Part shown: piece by piece, positions 26,750 through 37,339 of the stretch
Numbering within the stretch: the first letter of the stretch is position 1
Layout: each line of letters opens with the position of its first letter
Source: Nitrospirota bacterium
GTDB lineage: Bacteria; Nitrospirota; UBA9217
DNA: 64,000 bases
Reading direction: 5' to 3'
Assembly: GCA_963845065.1 (NCBI GenBank)
Contig: CAWJQQ010000002.1
Location: forward strand, 96,001 to 160,000
Position numbers and translations under genes: made by a program
The notes under the pieces: model-generated
What the model saw: only the letters and a program-made list of their open reading frames with translations
What the model was told of the DNA's origin: nothing
Databases searched by the model: none

Positions 26750-27796
26750 TTATTTTTCTTGTTTTTTTAAAGCAGCGTCCTGCAGAATCACTGTGCGGGT
26801 GGGGTAAGGAATGGTGATCCCCTCGCGGATGAACCGCTTGAGAATCCGCTTTCTTAGAGCATGATGAACAGGCTGCTGGGCATTTATGTCCACAACCGAG
26901 CAGAAGAGGGTGAAATCGAGGGATGAAGCGCCAAAGCCGGGCGCGAACAACACCGCGGGAGCGGGGTCGCCAAGAAGGCCCGGCACCTCCGCTATTGATC
27001 GCGTCGATTCTTCAATGAGCACGCGCTCGACGAGATCGGGGTCAACGTCACAGCTCACACTTACCGGCATCTGGGTCATCGTGCGCCTTTCCGGTAAGAA
27101 GTAGTTTGTCACCACGCTCTGTGACAGTTTGCTGTTCGGAACGATGACCATATTGTTCGTCGGCAACTGGATGCGCGTCGTGCGCCAGCTGATGTCCTCC
27201 ACGAATCCTTCCTGGCCTGTCTCGAGCCTGATATAATCGCCGACGCGGATTGTATGCTCAGCAAGGATATGGATACCGGCGAAAAGATTTGACAGCGTGT
27301 CCTGCAGCGCTAGTGCCATCGCAAGTCCGCCGACACCGAGAGCGGTAATGATGGGCGCGATCGAGATCCCGACAAAGTTCAGCATGACCAGGATTCCGAC
27401 AGCGTAGACGCTCGCCTTGATCACGACATTGAGCAAGCTCGTTACGGCGATCGGCAGATCGACCTTTTTAAGAAAAAAGAAGACCGCGCGTCCGCTGATG
27501 TTCGCCAATGCCATCGTAACAGTAAGTATCAGGGAAAGATGCATTCCCTTTACCGCGTAGGCCTCGTACTGGTCAGGGATTTCAGCCAGGCGCACTCCGG
27601 TATAGAGGGCAAGTGCTATAATGAGCAGGGTGGAGGGGCCCTGCAGCGCTGTTACGATAAAAGCCTCTGTCGGTGTTGCTCTTTCCCGTGACAGTCGATG
27701 CAGAGTTCTAAACAGAATTTTTCGGGCAGCAAAGAGTGCGGCGGTGATCCCTGCAACGATCAGATACGCGATATACGACGGGTAATGGTGCTCCAT
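26750..27796 (-). CDS. mscS: Small-conductance mechanosensitive channel family protein
   Basis: LGVGGLAMALALQDTLSNLFAG, VGDYI and VPNSKL. Confidence 0.9.
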   Translation of the reverse strand: MEHHYPSYIAYLIVAGITAALFAARKILFRTLHRLSRERATPTEAFIVTALQGPSTLLIIALALYTGVRLAEIPDQYEAYAVKGMHLSLILTVTMALANISGRAVFFFLKKVDLPIAVTSLLNVVIKASVYAVGILVMLNFVGISIAPIITALGVGGLAMALALQDTLSNLFAGIHILAEHTIRVGDYIRLETGQEGFVEDISWRTTRIQLPTNNMVIVPNSKLSQSVVTNYFLPERRTMTQMPVSVSCDVDPDLVERVLIEESTRSIAEVPGLLGDPAPAVLFAPGFGASSLDFTLFCSVVDINAQQPVHHALRKRILKRFIREGITIPYPTRTVILQDAALKKQEK

Positions 27797-28004
27797 GTGA
27801 ATAATTGTACCTGAACAGGAAAAGGGAGTCCAGCGTTTCTTAACATCATGAGTGCTGTGTGAACATCTTTTAAAAAAGAAAGGATTTAAACGTACTTCAG
27901 TACCTTAAGAAGACAACCGCTTCTGATAGCAAAAAATATCAAATAACGCCGGCACCGTTTACCGATGATCTCGCATTATGACCAGAGAACGGGAAGAAGC
28001 TGCA

Positions 28005-28247
28005 TTAATTCTTCCTCACGTAAACATGATACTCCCCATTCTCATGGGCCAGGCCGAGATATTCATTGCCTGTCAGCTTGCACCATGCTGGCATATCCAT
28101 GACAATCCCGTCATCGTCGGACTGCACCTCAAGGATCTGGCCCTTTGACATTTCCTTCATCTTATTCGAGGTCTTGAAAATTGGCAAGGGACATGCGAGG
28201 CCGACACTGTCGATCACCTCATCGGGTTTAATGTCTTTAATATCCAT
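28005..28247 (-). CDS. tusA: TusA/SirA-family sulfurtransferase
   Basis: DSVGLACPLP (CPxP) and SDD motifs. Confidence 0.85.
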   Translation of the reverse strand: MDIKDIKPDEVIDSVGLACPLPIFKTSNKMKEMSKGQILEVQSDDDGIVMDMPAWCKLTGNEYLGLAHENGEYHVYVRKN

Positions 28248-28392
28248 AGCAATAAAGCTCTCTTTACCACAACTAAGAATTGCAAAGTCTGGATAAGATA
28301 CGATAGGGTTATTCCCAGTGAATAACCTTTATTTCCAACCTTTGCGGCTGCTATCCGCATCTCTCTGTATGATGCCGTTGCAGATTAATACC

Positions 28393-28824
28393 CTACCCCA
28401 TATCGTGTTCATGTCCTGATTCTGCCGGCATCTTTACCGGCGATGTGAGCCCTTTCTTCTTATGGTAATCATCGAGCGCAGACTTGAGCGCCTCTTCTGC
28501 CAGCACTGAGCAATGCATCTTCACCCTCGGCAACCCGCCGAGCGCCTCAGCCACGGCCGCGTTCGATATCGTCATTGCCTCGTCGATGCTCTTGCCCTTC
28601 ACCAGGTCAGTCACCATGCTGCTCGTGGCAATTGCCGCACCGCAACCGAACGTTTTGAATTTAGCGTCGGTAATGATGTTGTTTTCCACTTTTATATACA
28701 ACCGCATTACGTCGCCGCACACAGGGTTTCCTACGGTGCCAACGCCATCAGCGTTCTCAATCTCTCCCACATTATGGGGATGAGCAAAATGGTCCATCAC
28801 CTTTGAACTGTACTGTTCCATCAT
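28393..28824 (-). CDS. iscU: Fe-S cluster scaffold IscU/NifU
   Basis: GNPVCGD, KTFGCG and KMHCS. Confidence 0.93.
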   Translation of the reverse strand: MMEQYSSKVMDHFAHPHNVGEIENADGVGTVGNPVCGDVMRLYIKVENNIITDAKFKTFGCGAAIATSSMVTDLVKGKSIDEAMTISNAAVAEALGGLPRVKMHCSVLAEEALKSALDDYHKKKGLTSPVKMPAESGHEHDMG

Positions 28825-28896
28825 TTCCTCCTTGAAATTCGTCGAAGCCGGTTAGCCGATTTTTACTGTTCTGTGCGGGTGCACGTTCGGCGCAGA

Positions 28897-30087
28897 TCAC
28901 CGTACCGCTGTCCGTTTCTTCTTCATCATGTCTTCATAAAGCGGGGACATCTCCCGCAGACGGTGGACAATAGGCGGCAGTTTCTCGATTACATAATCGA
29001 TGTCCTCAGTTGTGTTGCCCATCCCAAGCGACATAAGCAGCGTTCCGTTTGCCACTGCGGCATCAGTCCCTATGCAGGTGAGGACGTGCGACGATTTAAG
29101 CGAGCGCGATGTACATGCTGATCCGCTCGATACGGAGATGCCGTCCATGTTCAGGAACAGGAGCATAGACTCTCCTTCCACATACCAGAAAGAGACATTG
29201 AGATTGTGAGGCAGCCTGTGCACAGGGTGTCCATTGATCACCATGTCATCAATCTGCTCCTGAAGCCCCTTCTGCAGCTTGTCCCGGAGCTGTGCCGTGT
29301 AGCGCAGTCGATTCGGCAGGTCCGCCGCTGCGAGCTCGGCAGCTTTCCCGAGCCCTACCAAAGCAGGAACATTCTCGGTTCCCGCACGCCTGCCTTCTTC
29401 CTGGATGCCGCCCTCGATCAGCGGTTTGATCCGCACGCCCGTACGCACATAGAGCGCTGCTGCTCCCTTGGGCCCGTAGAACTGGTGGCCCGAGAACGAG
29501 AGCGCGTCAACGCCAAGCGCTTCGACGTTAACCGGGACCCAACCGGTCGATGCAACCGCGTCGGTGTGGAACAGTACGTTTTTTTCCTTTGTAATTTTTG
29601 CTATCGCTTCGATTGGCTCAATCGTGCCGATCTCGTTGTTCGCATGCATGATCGACACCAGGACCGTATCCTTCTTGATCGCCTTGGCAACGTCGTCAGG
29701 GTTCACCAGCCCCTCTTTGTCCGTAGGGATATAGGTGACCGTAAAGCCGGACTTTTCGAGTGTCTTGGCAGGGTGGAGAAGGGAAAAGTGCTCTATTTGC
29801 GAGAGGATAATATGCTTGCCCTTCTGACTGTTCGCTTGCACGAGTCCTTTAATGGCAAAGTTGTTCGATTCTGCGCCGCTCGAGGTGAAATAAATTTCTC
29901 CGGCTTTGGCGCCGATAAGCGCAGCGGCTTTTGCCCGCGCTTCTTCGACGGCGTTCTTTGCTTCTCTGCCGATATCGTGCAGGTTCGAGGGGTTGCCGAA
30001 CTTAATTGAAAAGTACGGCAGCATGGCTTCTAAAACTTTCGGATGTACAGGCGTTGTAGCCGCGTGATCAAGGTAGACCGTTCTCAT
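28897..30087 (-). CDS. iscS: Cysteine desulfurase IscS/NifS
   Basis: YLDHAATT, GNPS, HTDA, SSGSACTS; the PLP-lysine motif reads SGHQFYGPKG. Confidence 0.9.
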   Translation of the reverse strand: MRTVYLDHAATTPVHPKVLEAMLPYFSIKFGNPSNLHDIGREAKNAVEEARAKAAALIGAKAGEIYFTSSGAESNNFAIKGLVQANSQKGKHIILSQIEHFSLLHPAKTLEKSGFTVTYIPTDKEGLVNPDDVAKAIKKDTVLVSIMHANNEIGTIEPIEAIAKITKEKNVLFHTDAVASTGWVPVNVEALGVDALSFSGHQFYGPKGAAALYVRTGVRIKPLIEGGIQEEGRRAGTENVPALVGLGKAAELAAADLPNRLRYTAQLRDKLQKGLQEQIDDMVINGHPVHRLPHNLNVSFWYVEGESMLLFLNMDGISVSSGSACTSRSLKSSHVLTCIGTDAAVANGTLLMSLGMGNTTEDIDYVIEKLPPIVHRLREMSPLYEDMMKKKRTAVR

Positions 30088-30567
30088 TTAACATGCCCCC
30101 TTCCCCGTCAAGGCTGCCTTTTTCCTGAGTCCCAGGCTGACGGGCACTTTCTGGTAATGCTGCTCATGCAGGAGATCGTTAAAGCTGATACTGTCGAGGG
30201 CTTCTTCTATCTTGGCCCCCACTTTTGTCCAAACCATCCGGGCCACGCAGTCGTCTGCCTGGTTACAGTCACCGGATTCGCCTGGTTCCAGACAGTGTGA
30301 CAGGGCAATAGGCCCTTCAAGCGTGCGGACGATGTCACCAATGGTCAGTTCGGCCGGTTTACACGCCAGCAAGTAGCCGCCTGCCGGTCCCCGAACGCTG
30401 TCGATAACGCCGGCTTTCCCAAGCTTGTGCAATATCTGCTCGAGGTAGGAAAAAGAAATCCCCTGCCTGTCCGCGATCTCCTTGATCGTGATCGGCCCCT
30501 TGCCATAGTGCCGGGCGATCTCAAAAACCGCGCGCACACCATACTTCCCCTTCGACGAGAGTTTCAT
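30088..30567 (-). CDS. Rrf2-family (IscR-like) transcriptional regulator
   Basis: YLEQI and SVRGPAGGY motifs, three C-terminal Cys; heads the Fe-S operon. Confidence 0.9.
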   Translation of the reverse strand: MKLSSKGKYGVRAVFEIARHYGKGPITIKEIADRQGISFSYLEQILHKLGKAGVIDSVRGPAGGYLLACKPAELTIGDIVRTLEGPIALSHCLEPGESGDCNQADDCVARMVWTKVGAKIEEALDSISFNDLLHEQHYQKVPVSLGLRKKAALTGKGAC

Positions 30568-30640
30568 TCTTTCATCCGACCCCTGTGGCCCCGCGCTACA
30601 ACTAAAGAGGACACTTTAACTCCTGTCAATCTTTACCATT

Positions 30641-30673
30641 ACGATAACAAACTTGACCAATTCTGTCAAGAAT
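30641..30673 (-). promoter_or_regulatory. Operon promoter with an IscR-type palindromic operator
   Basis: CTTGAC-N7-GTCAAG (30652-30670) overlapping TTGACA-17-TATCGT on the minus strand. Confidence 0.7.
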
Positions 30674-31011
30674 AATTATAACGCATGTAACCGTGAAATG
30701 CAAACAGGGATAGGGAAATACAAGTGTTTGACTGCCAGGCTTGACTTCCTCCGTCGCCGGAAGACCAGGGCATTACGTCGCACAAGGACAAAAAAGGTAG
30801 AAAGCAACATGATATCACAGCGCTTGATTTTCCGGATTATACATGATACCGTTCAGATATAAAAAATCCATCATGAGAATCGAGACTTTGTGAATTCGTG
30901 CCAGCCTGAGCACCCGAGCGTATGCCGTTGCTATCTCCGCTCTCTCATGCACCACCTCTTGCTAAGCAGGAATGGTGAACTACCAGTTAATCTACCAAGG
31001 AGGATAGCAGT

Positions 31012-31599
31012 ATGGCAGATGTCGAAATCCCCAATCCCGAGGAGCTTGAAGAGATCCGCGCAAAAGGCTTTACCCGCAAGGTCGCCCTAACCACGGCGTT
31101 CTTCGCCGTGCTGCTCGCCATTACATCACTCGGTGGGAACAATGCCATGAAGGAAATGCTGCTCTCACAGCAGCAGGCGTCCGATCAATGGGCCTTTTAC
31201 CAGTCGAAGGTTGTGCGGGAGCAACTCTACAAAACGAACAGCTTGCGGCTGGAATTGGATGTTTTTGAACGCGGTGCCACCATGAAGCCCGCGGTAAAAA
31301 GACAGTACCAGTCCCTGATCAGGGAATTGCGTGCGGAAGAAGCACGGTACGGAGAGGAAAAAAAGGACATAGAGCGGGAAGCCAAAGGGCTCGAAGAGCA
31401 TCGGGACAGAAGCTTCTCCAAAGATCCCTACTTCGACTACGCTGAAGTGTTATTGCAGATATCCATTGTCCTTGCATCGATCTCCATCCTCGCAGTATCG
31501 CGACCGGTCTTTTCTATTGCAATCGTTTCCGCTTCGCTCGGATTTATTATGATGTTGAACGGTTATCTGTTATTGTTCAGGATACCTTTTTTTCATTAA
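31012..31599 (+). CDS. DUF4337-like membrane protein
   Basis: ASDQWAFYQSK and LLQISIVLASI motifs; AAGGAGG RBS. Confidence 0.8.
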   Translation: MADVEIPNPEELEEIRAKGFTRKVALTTAFFAVLLAITSLGGNNAMKEMLLSQQQASDQWAFYQSKVVREQLYKTNSLRLELDVFERGATMKPAVKRQYQSLIRELRAEEARYGEEKKDIEREAKGLEEHRDRSFSKDPYFDYAEVLLQISIVLASISILAVSRPVFSIAIVSASLGFIMMLNGYLLLFRIPFFH

Positions 31600-31611
31600 G
31601 GTGATCATGCT

Positions 31612-32667
31612 ATGAGCGCCCGGGATCATCGGCGGACTGGGGCTGCAGTGGACAGGCGGGAATTTATCAAGCATGTTTTGAAGGGAGAGCGCAGCGAGCG
31701 CCTGCCGCGCGCCTTGTTTGGCGGAGGGCGCTGGGCATACCGTCAGACGGGGCTCAAGATAGAGAGCCTGGACAGTGATCCTGACGGCTTCGCGGCAAGC
31801 CTCGCAGGTTTTTATAATGAGCTTGACACCGATATTGTATTCGCCGGTTCAGGCCTCAACACCTTTCCCGCCGAAGCAATTGGAGGAGAGCTGGCCTTTC
31901 GTGAAGAACAGGCCCCGCTCCTCTCTGCACCTCTCATCCAAAAAAAGGAAGATGCGCGTTATCTGGAATTCGTGAATATCCAGGACTCTCCCCATTCCCT
32001 CGCACTCGTGGAAATGATAGCCCGCCTGCGATCGCAACTGCCTGACCGCTTTCTCTGTGCCACTTCCTGGGGCCCATTCACCTGGGCGATGATCTTGTGC
32101 GACTGGAACCTCCTGCAGGAAAAAACGCTGACGGATACGGAGTTTATCCTGGAGGTGTGCGAACTTGGTGTCCGCCTTTCTTCCGCGTTTTTCCGTCCGC
32201 TCATCGAACGGGGACTGATTGACGGCATCGTAATCTCTGACGGGGCGGCCACGCTTATTCCCCTTGATCTGTACCGTGATGCGGTACTCCCCTGTGAGCA
32301 AAAGCTCTTCGAGCAGGTTGGGGAACGAGGCGTTGCTCGCTTCTTTCACCAGTGCGGCGATATTCGCGCCCAGTTGGCCCTCTATCCTGATACCGGCGCT
32401 GACTGCATATCGCTCGACACGGGCGTGCGCCTCGGAGATGTGTACAAGCTCTATCGTGAACAAGTTGTTCTTGCCGGGAACATAGATGTAATCAGAACGG
32501 TGTTCGGCGGGGACACCACTATGTTGTGCCAGGCTGTTTCCGAATGCGTTTCCGGATTTGCCGATCCTTTCCGGAAATTCATCCTCATGCCTTCCTGCGA
32601 TCTGCCTCTTGAGACGCCCTTAAGGAATGCGAAGACCTTTCTTGCCTGTGCTGACCGGATTGCATAA
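31612..32667 (+). CDS. Uroporphyrinogen decarboxylase/MtaA-CmuA superfamily protein
   Basis: EAIGG, GPFT, HQCG, LAGNID and ILMPSCDLP motifs. Confidence 0.75.
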   Translation: MSARDHRRTGAAVDRREFIKHVLKGERSERLPRALFGGGRWAYRQTGLKIESLDSDPDGFAASLAGFYNELDTDIVFAGSGLNTFPAEAIGGELAFREEQAPLLSAPLIQKKEDARYLEFVNIQDSPHSLALVEMIARLRSQLPDRFLCATSWGPFTWAMILCDWNLLQEKTLTDTEFILEVCELGVRLSSAFFRPLIERGLIDGIVISDGAATLIPLDLYRDAVLPCEQKLFEQVGERGVARFFHQCGDIRAQLALYPDTGADCISLDTGVRLGDVYKLYREQVVLAGNIDVIRTVFGGDTTMLCQAVSECVSGFADPFRKFILMPSCDLPLETPLRNAKTFLACADRIA

Positions 32668-32751
32668 AAACAGCAACTCCTGGTTGTCCAATCTTGTTAA
32701 GCGATTATTGCTCATTATCATTCGCGCCACGCCTTCGCCAGGTGAACCAAC

Positions 32752-32786
32752 AAAAAAGGCGTTGTCGTGATCGACAATGCCTTTTT
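32752..32786. terminator. Bidirectional intrinsic terminator
   Basis: AAAAAAGGCGTTGTCG-TGAT-CGACAATGCCTTTTT between convergent genes. Confidence 0.8.
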
Positions 32787-32811
32787 GCCCCGGGCGCTTC
32801 ATGCAACAACC

Positions 32812-33345
32812 TTATTCCCCCGCAAACTCCGTAAGAGCGAAGACTTTATACCCTTTTTCTTCTAGTCTTTTTTTCCCGCCAACGTCCGGAAGATCTACGA
32901 TAAACGCTATCTCTACGATTTTTGCCCCAAGCTTTTCCACAAGCGCGGCAGCGGCCAATGCAGTGCCACCGGTCGCGAGAAGGTCATCGATAAGCAGGAC
33001 CCGTTCGCCCTTTTTCAGCGCATCCTTGTGCATTTCTATCTTGTCCGTACCATATTCGAGTTCATACTCCTGGGAAACTACCTCGGCAGGGAGCTTGCCC
33101 TTTTTACGGATCGGGATGAACCCTTTGCCGAGCGTATATGCCAAAACCGAACCGACAATGAACCCGCGTGACTCGATGCCTACGATCGTATCGAAGGAAA
33201 AGTCCGAATGCAGGTATCGCTGGGTCAGCGTGTCGATCATGAGCCGGAAGCCGACGGGGTCCTTGATAAGCGTAGTGATGTCGCGGAACATGATCCCCTT
33301 CTTGGGATAGTTTGGAATGGTCCTGATCTTTGATTTAATCGGCAT
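32812..33345 (-). CDS. apt: Adenine phosphoribosyltransferase
   Basis: FRDITTL, IESRGF, IRKKGKLP, LEYG and IDDLLATGGT. Confidence 0.95.
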   Translation of the reverse strand: MPIKSKIRTIPNYPKKGIMFRDITTLIKDPVGFRLMIDTLTQRYLHSDFSFDTIVGIESRGFIVGSVLAYTLGKGFIPIRKKGKLPAEVVSQEYELEYGTDKIEMHKDALKKGERVLLIDDLLATGGTALAAAALVEKLGAKIVEIAFIVDLPDVGGKKRLEEKGYKVFALTEFAGE

Positions 33346-33408
33346 TGTTTCTCCTGACAAATTGATCATCGTTCGCCGCGGCCTCTGTAGTTGCTCTTTT
33401 TTCATGCT

Positions 33409-33990
33409 TCAGCAGGTCTCGCTCTCTGCGCCTTCGGTCTCCCCGTATTTTTCCACTCCGATCTGGTAGAGATCGTTACCGTAAACATCGTTCACGACGA
33501 CCGCGGGAAAATTCTCGACGTAGAGCCGCATAATGGCTTCCGCTCCAAGTTCGGGAAAGGCAATCACCTCGGCCTTTCTTATTGCTTTGGACATGAGCGC
33601 GCCTGCGCCGCCAATAGCCGCAAAATAAACAGCTTTGTAGCGCTGGATCGCATCTTTGACGGCCTGTCCTCGCGGCCCCTTTCCGATCATGCCCTTAAGG
33701 CCTAGTTCTAGCAGAGTTGGCGTGTACTTGTCCATACGGTAACTTGTTGTTGGGCCTGCTGAGCCAATGGGTTTTCCCGGAGGTGCAGGAGTGGGCCCGG
33801 TATAGTAAAGAATCTGACCCATAAGATCGAACGGCAGTTTCTCACCGTTGTTGTGGCCGTCCACCATGTACTTGTGCGCCATGTCTCTCCCGGTATACAT
33901 CACGCCTGTGATTAGCACATGGTCCCCGGCCTTCAGGTCAGAAATGACGTCGTCGGTTAAGGGAGTTTCTATTTTTATCGGTTTGGTCAT
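33409..33990 (-). CDS. Class I fumarate hydratase beta subunit
   Basis: GRDMAH, GPTTSYRMD, MIGKG and ELGAEAI. Confidence 0.9.
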   Translation of the reverse strand: MTKPIKIETPLTDDVISDLKAGDHVLITGVMYTGRDMAHKYMVDGHNNGEKLPFDLMGQILYYTGPTPAPPGKPIGSAGPTTSYRMDKYTPTLLELGLKGMIGKGPRGQAVKDAIQRYKAVYFAAIGGAGALMSKAIRKAEVIAFPELGAEAIMRLYVENFPAVVVNDVYGNDLYQIGVEKYGETEGAESETC

Positions 33991-34043
33991 GCTCTATATT
34001 CTCGCAAACAGGCAACCTGCGCAAGGCTTTTAATGCGTCCCTA

Positions 34044-34883
34044 TTAAAGGGTAATCGTCTTATGCCTTGCCGCGTGGCAATTTATATTGACCGCTACCGG
34101 CAAGCTCGCGATATGACAGGGAAAGCTTTCAACATGCACGGCCATCGCCGTTACCTTGCCGCCAAGCCCTTCCGGCCCAATGCCGGTTTTGTTCACAGCC
34201 TTAAGAAGGGTCTCTTCCAAAGACGACAGTTCCAGCTTGGAATTCGGGCTGCCTACGGGCCGCAAGAGCGCTTTCTTCGCAAGGAGCGCCGCCTTCTCGA
34301 AATCGCCGCCGATACCTACTCCGATAACAACGGGCGGACAGGGGTTAGCGCCGGCCCTCTTTACACATTCGAGCACGAAGTTTTTGATGCCTTCGATGCC
34401 TTCGGTCGGCCTCAGCATCCGGATCACACTCATATTCTCGCTCCCCGCACCCTTTGGCATAAACGAGATCTTGAGTTTATCGCCGGGCACAAGCTCGATA
34501 TAGATGATAGCCGGCGTGTTATCGCCCGTATTTTTTCGGGTGATCGGGTCAACGACGGATTTCCGAAGATACCCCTCCTTATATCCTTTACGCACGCCCT
34601 CGTTGATGGCATCGATGATGAAACCGTTCTTGATCCTGAGGTCCTGGCCCAGCTCAACAAAAAAAATAGCGATGCCCGTGTCCTGACAGAGAGGAATATG
34701 CTCTTCCTTTGCTATGCGCGCGTTCTCCTTCAGGAGCCCGATGATCTCCTTAGCCCCCGGCGCCGTCTCGGTCTCCGCGGCGCGGTCAAAGGCCATAAGC
34801 ACGTCCTCATTCAGGTTGTATGCTGCATCGACGCAGATCTGCGCTACGTGGTCTACGATCTCGTCTACATGAATTTCGCGCAT
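34044..34883 (-). CDS. Class I fumarate hydratase alpha subunit
   Basis: PLCQDTG, KGAGSEN, CPP and CHAARH. Confidence 0.9.
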   Translation of the reverse strand: MREIHVDEIVDHVAQICVDAAYNLNEDVLMAFDRAAETETAPGAKEIIGLLKENARIAKEEHIPLCQDTGIAIFFVELGQDLRIKNGFIIDAINEGVRKGYKEGYLRKSVVDPITRKNTGDNTPAIIYIELVPGDKLKISFMPKGAGSENMSVIRMLRPTEGIEGIKNFVLECVKRAGANPCPPVVIGVGIGGDFEKAALLAKKALLRPVGSPNSKLELSSLEETLLKAVNKTGIGPEGLGGKVTAMAVHVESFPCHIASLPVAVNINCHAARHKTITL

Positions 34884-35788
34884 CCCGATCTCACCGCCTC
34901 TACTGATTTCATGAAGGCCGAATTTTCATCGGCGCTCAGTTTGATTTCAACAACCTGCTCTGCTCCCTTCGCTCCGAGCTTGACCGGCACTCCGGCGAAC
35001 GCACCTTTGACGCCGTACTCGCCGTCGAGATACACGGAACAGGGAAGTATCTTCTTTTTGTCCAGCAGGATGGCATCGACCATTTCTAGGGTGGAAGCCG
35101 ACGGGGCGTAATAGGCACTGCCAGTTTTGAGCAGCGCAACGATCTCGGCGCCTCCGTTCTTCGTCCGGTCAACCAGTTTATCAATGGCCGCTTTGCTCAT
35201 CAATTCGGTGATCGGTATGCCGGCCACGGTCGAGTATCGCGGCAAAGGGACCATGGAATCGCCATGACCGCCGAGCACGAAAGCATGAGTATTCTCTACC
35301 GATACGCCGAGTTCCCTGGCGATGAAAGTCCGGAACCGCGCGGAATCGAGCACGCCGCCCATGCCGATGACCCGTTCCTTGGGGAACCCACTCGCCTTCA
35401 TAGCCACGAAGGCCATCACATCCATGGGGTTCGTGACCACGATCATTACCGCATTTGGGGAACGGCGCGAGGTCTCGTTAGCTACGATCTTCACGATGTT
35501 TCCGTTTAGGGAAAGTAAGTCGTCGCGGCTCATACCTGGTTTTCGCGCCAGACCGGCCGTAATCACGATGATGTCCGACCCGGCAGTTTCGTCATACCCA
35601 TTTGTGCCGGTGATCATCGAATCATATCCGATGAGCGGGCCCGCCTCCAGAAGATCGAGTCCCTTGCCTTGCGGCACGCCTTCGACCACGTCGACCATCA
35701 CTACATCCGCTAACTGGGATTCCGCGATACGCTGTACCAGCGTCGCCCCCACATTGCCCGCACCAACAACCGTTACTTTTTTCCGCAT
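34865..35788 (-). CDS. mdh: Malate dehydrogenase (LDH-like)
   Basis: [23 protein letters not shown] and GGHGD. Confidence 0.95.
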   Translation of the reverse strand: MRKKVTVVGAGNVGATLVQRIAESQLADVVMVDVVEGVPQGKGLDLLEAGPLIGYDSMITGTNGYDETAGSDIIVITAGLARKPGMSRDDLLSLNGNIVKIVANETSRRSPNAVMIVVTNPMDVMAFVAMKASGFPKERVIGMGGVLDSARFRTFIARELGVSVENTHAFVLGGHGDSMVPLPRYSTVAGIPITELMSKAAIDKLVDRTKNGGAEIVALLKTGSAYYAPSASTLEMVDAILLDKKKILPCSVYLDGEYGVKGAFAGVPVKLGAKGAEQVVEIKLSADENSAFMKSVEAVRSGCAKFM

Positions 35789-35879
35789 AACACCTCCTCG
35801 AAATTTGCCATGAACCATGGAGCAGAGAACAGAATGTTTGCATACGGCCCTGTGCGCCATGCTCTAAGCCCTGTATCTT

Positions 35880-37157
35880 TTATAGTTTTGTTATTTTCAC
35901 CTTGCTGATCTTTCTCCCTTCGAGTTCAAGGACCTCAAGCTTCAGATGCCGATACCTCAATTGTTCTCCGACTTTCGGCATCCTGCCGAAGAGCCCGAAC
36001 ACAAAACCCCCGAGCGTATTGAAGTCCGTTGACTGGAGGTTCGCGTCGAGCAGCTCATTCACCTCGTCAAGGGGAGACTGGCCCGAAACCACGAAGTTCT
36101 TCTCATCAACGATCTGGACGTCCTTTTCCTCGGATTCCAGCTCGTCGTGAATGCTGCCGACGATTTCCTCGATCAGGTCTTCAAGGGTCACGAGTCCGGC
36201 TGTGCCGCCGTATTCGTCTATAACAATGGCGAGCTGGAACCGTTCCTGCTGCATTTCTGACAAAAGCTCGCTCACCCGTTTATTTTCGGGAATAAAGTAT
36301 GCTGATCTGATGAATTGCTGGATGCCTGCCTCGCGATTCACGTCTCCCGATGCCAGGGCAACGAGAATGTCCTTGATATACAGGATGCCGATGACCGTGT
36401 CCACCGTATCCTCTATAACGGGATATCGTGAATATCCGAAAACCGATACGAGTGCGAACACTTCCCGGAGTGCCGCTTTCGAGGGTACGCTGACGATCTC
36501 GGTCCGAGGCCTCATAGCTTCCGATGCCACTGTATCGCCGAACTCGAACACTTTGTGGAGCAGTTCCTTTTCTTCCTCTTTCAGCGAGCCGCGCTCTTCG
36601 CCCAGGTTGATCATCGCCTTGATGTCTTCCTCGGTGACCACCGTGGAGCAGGACGCGCCTTCTGGCCCCGGGCCGACGACAAGGTCGGCGGCGCCCGTCA
36701 GCAAACGTGAGAAAGGCGTCAGGACTTTCATGATCACGTTCAGAGAAGAAGCGACGGACAGAGCGATCCGGTCTGGATTTTTACAGGCAATTCCCTTCGG
36801 CGCCAGCTTTGCAAAGAACACAACCGGAATGGTTACGAGAAGCACCGTGATTGCAGCCGCAAGACTGACTTCCGTAATCAGGCTTGCGGCAATAACCATG
36901 GCGATTACAGCGGCAAGAACGATAAGAAAATTTTCAGCCAAAAGCAGCGTGGTATGCAGACGGTCACGTTCCTGCACGAGCATGAGGGCAGCCTTCGCCT
37001 GCTTGTTTCCTCTTTCGGCGAGCTCCTTAAGGCGCCCCTTGTTCGAAAACACGATGGCTGTCTCGGCTCCCGCAAAAAAAGCGGCAACGAGGATGCTGAC
37101 ACCCACAGCCAGTAGAGACGCCCAGAAGACGTTTATAAAGGCCAAAATCGAAGTCAT
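35880..37157 (-). CDS. Hemolysin-C/CNNM (DUF21-CBS-CorC) transporter
   Basis: FFAGAETA, CBS pair (YSRYPV, DEYGGTAGLVTLEDLIEEIVG) and CorC tail. Confidence 0.9.
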   Translation of the reverse strand: MTSILAFINVFWASLLAVGVSILVAAFFAGAETAIVFSNKGRLKELAERGNKQAKAALMLVQERDRLHTTLLLAENFLIVLAAVIAMVIAASLITEVSLAAAITVLLVTIPVVFFAKLAPKGIACKNPDRIALSVASSLNVIMKVLTPFSRLLTGAADLVVGPGPEGASCSTVVTEEDIKAMINLGEERGSLKEEEKELLHKVFEFGDTVASEAMRPRTEIVSVPSKAALREVFALVSVFGYSRYPVIEDTVDTVIGILYIKDILVALASGDVNREAGIQQFIRSAYFIPENKRVSELLSEMQQERFQLAIVIDEYGGTAGLVTLEDLIEEIVGSIHDELESEEKDVQIVDEKNFVVSGQSPLDEVNELLDANLQSTDFNTLGGFVFGLFGRMPKVGEQLRYRHLKLEVLELEGRKISKVKITKL

Positions 37158-37339
37158 ATTTCGAATGCGGATCGCGAATATCAGAATGCAGACCGGATGT
37201 CCACAGTCCCAAAATTCGACATCATCCCTGCTCCCCCGTTATATGGGCAATCATCCGCAGTTGCTGACCTTTTCAGAATTTTGAGCATCGCGGCGGGCCG
37301 CCGGCGTACGCCGCTGACCCGATGAATTCGACATCCGCT

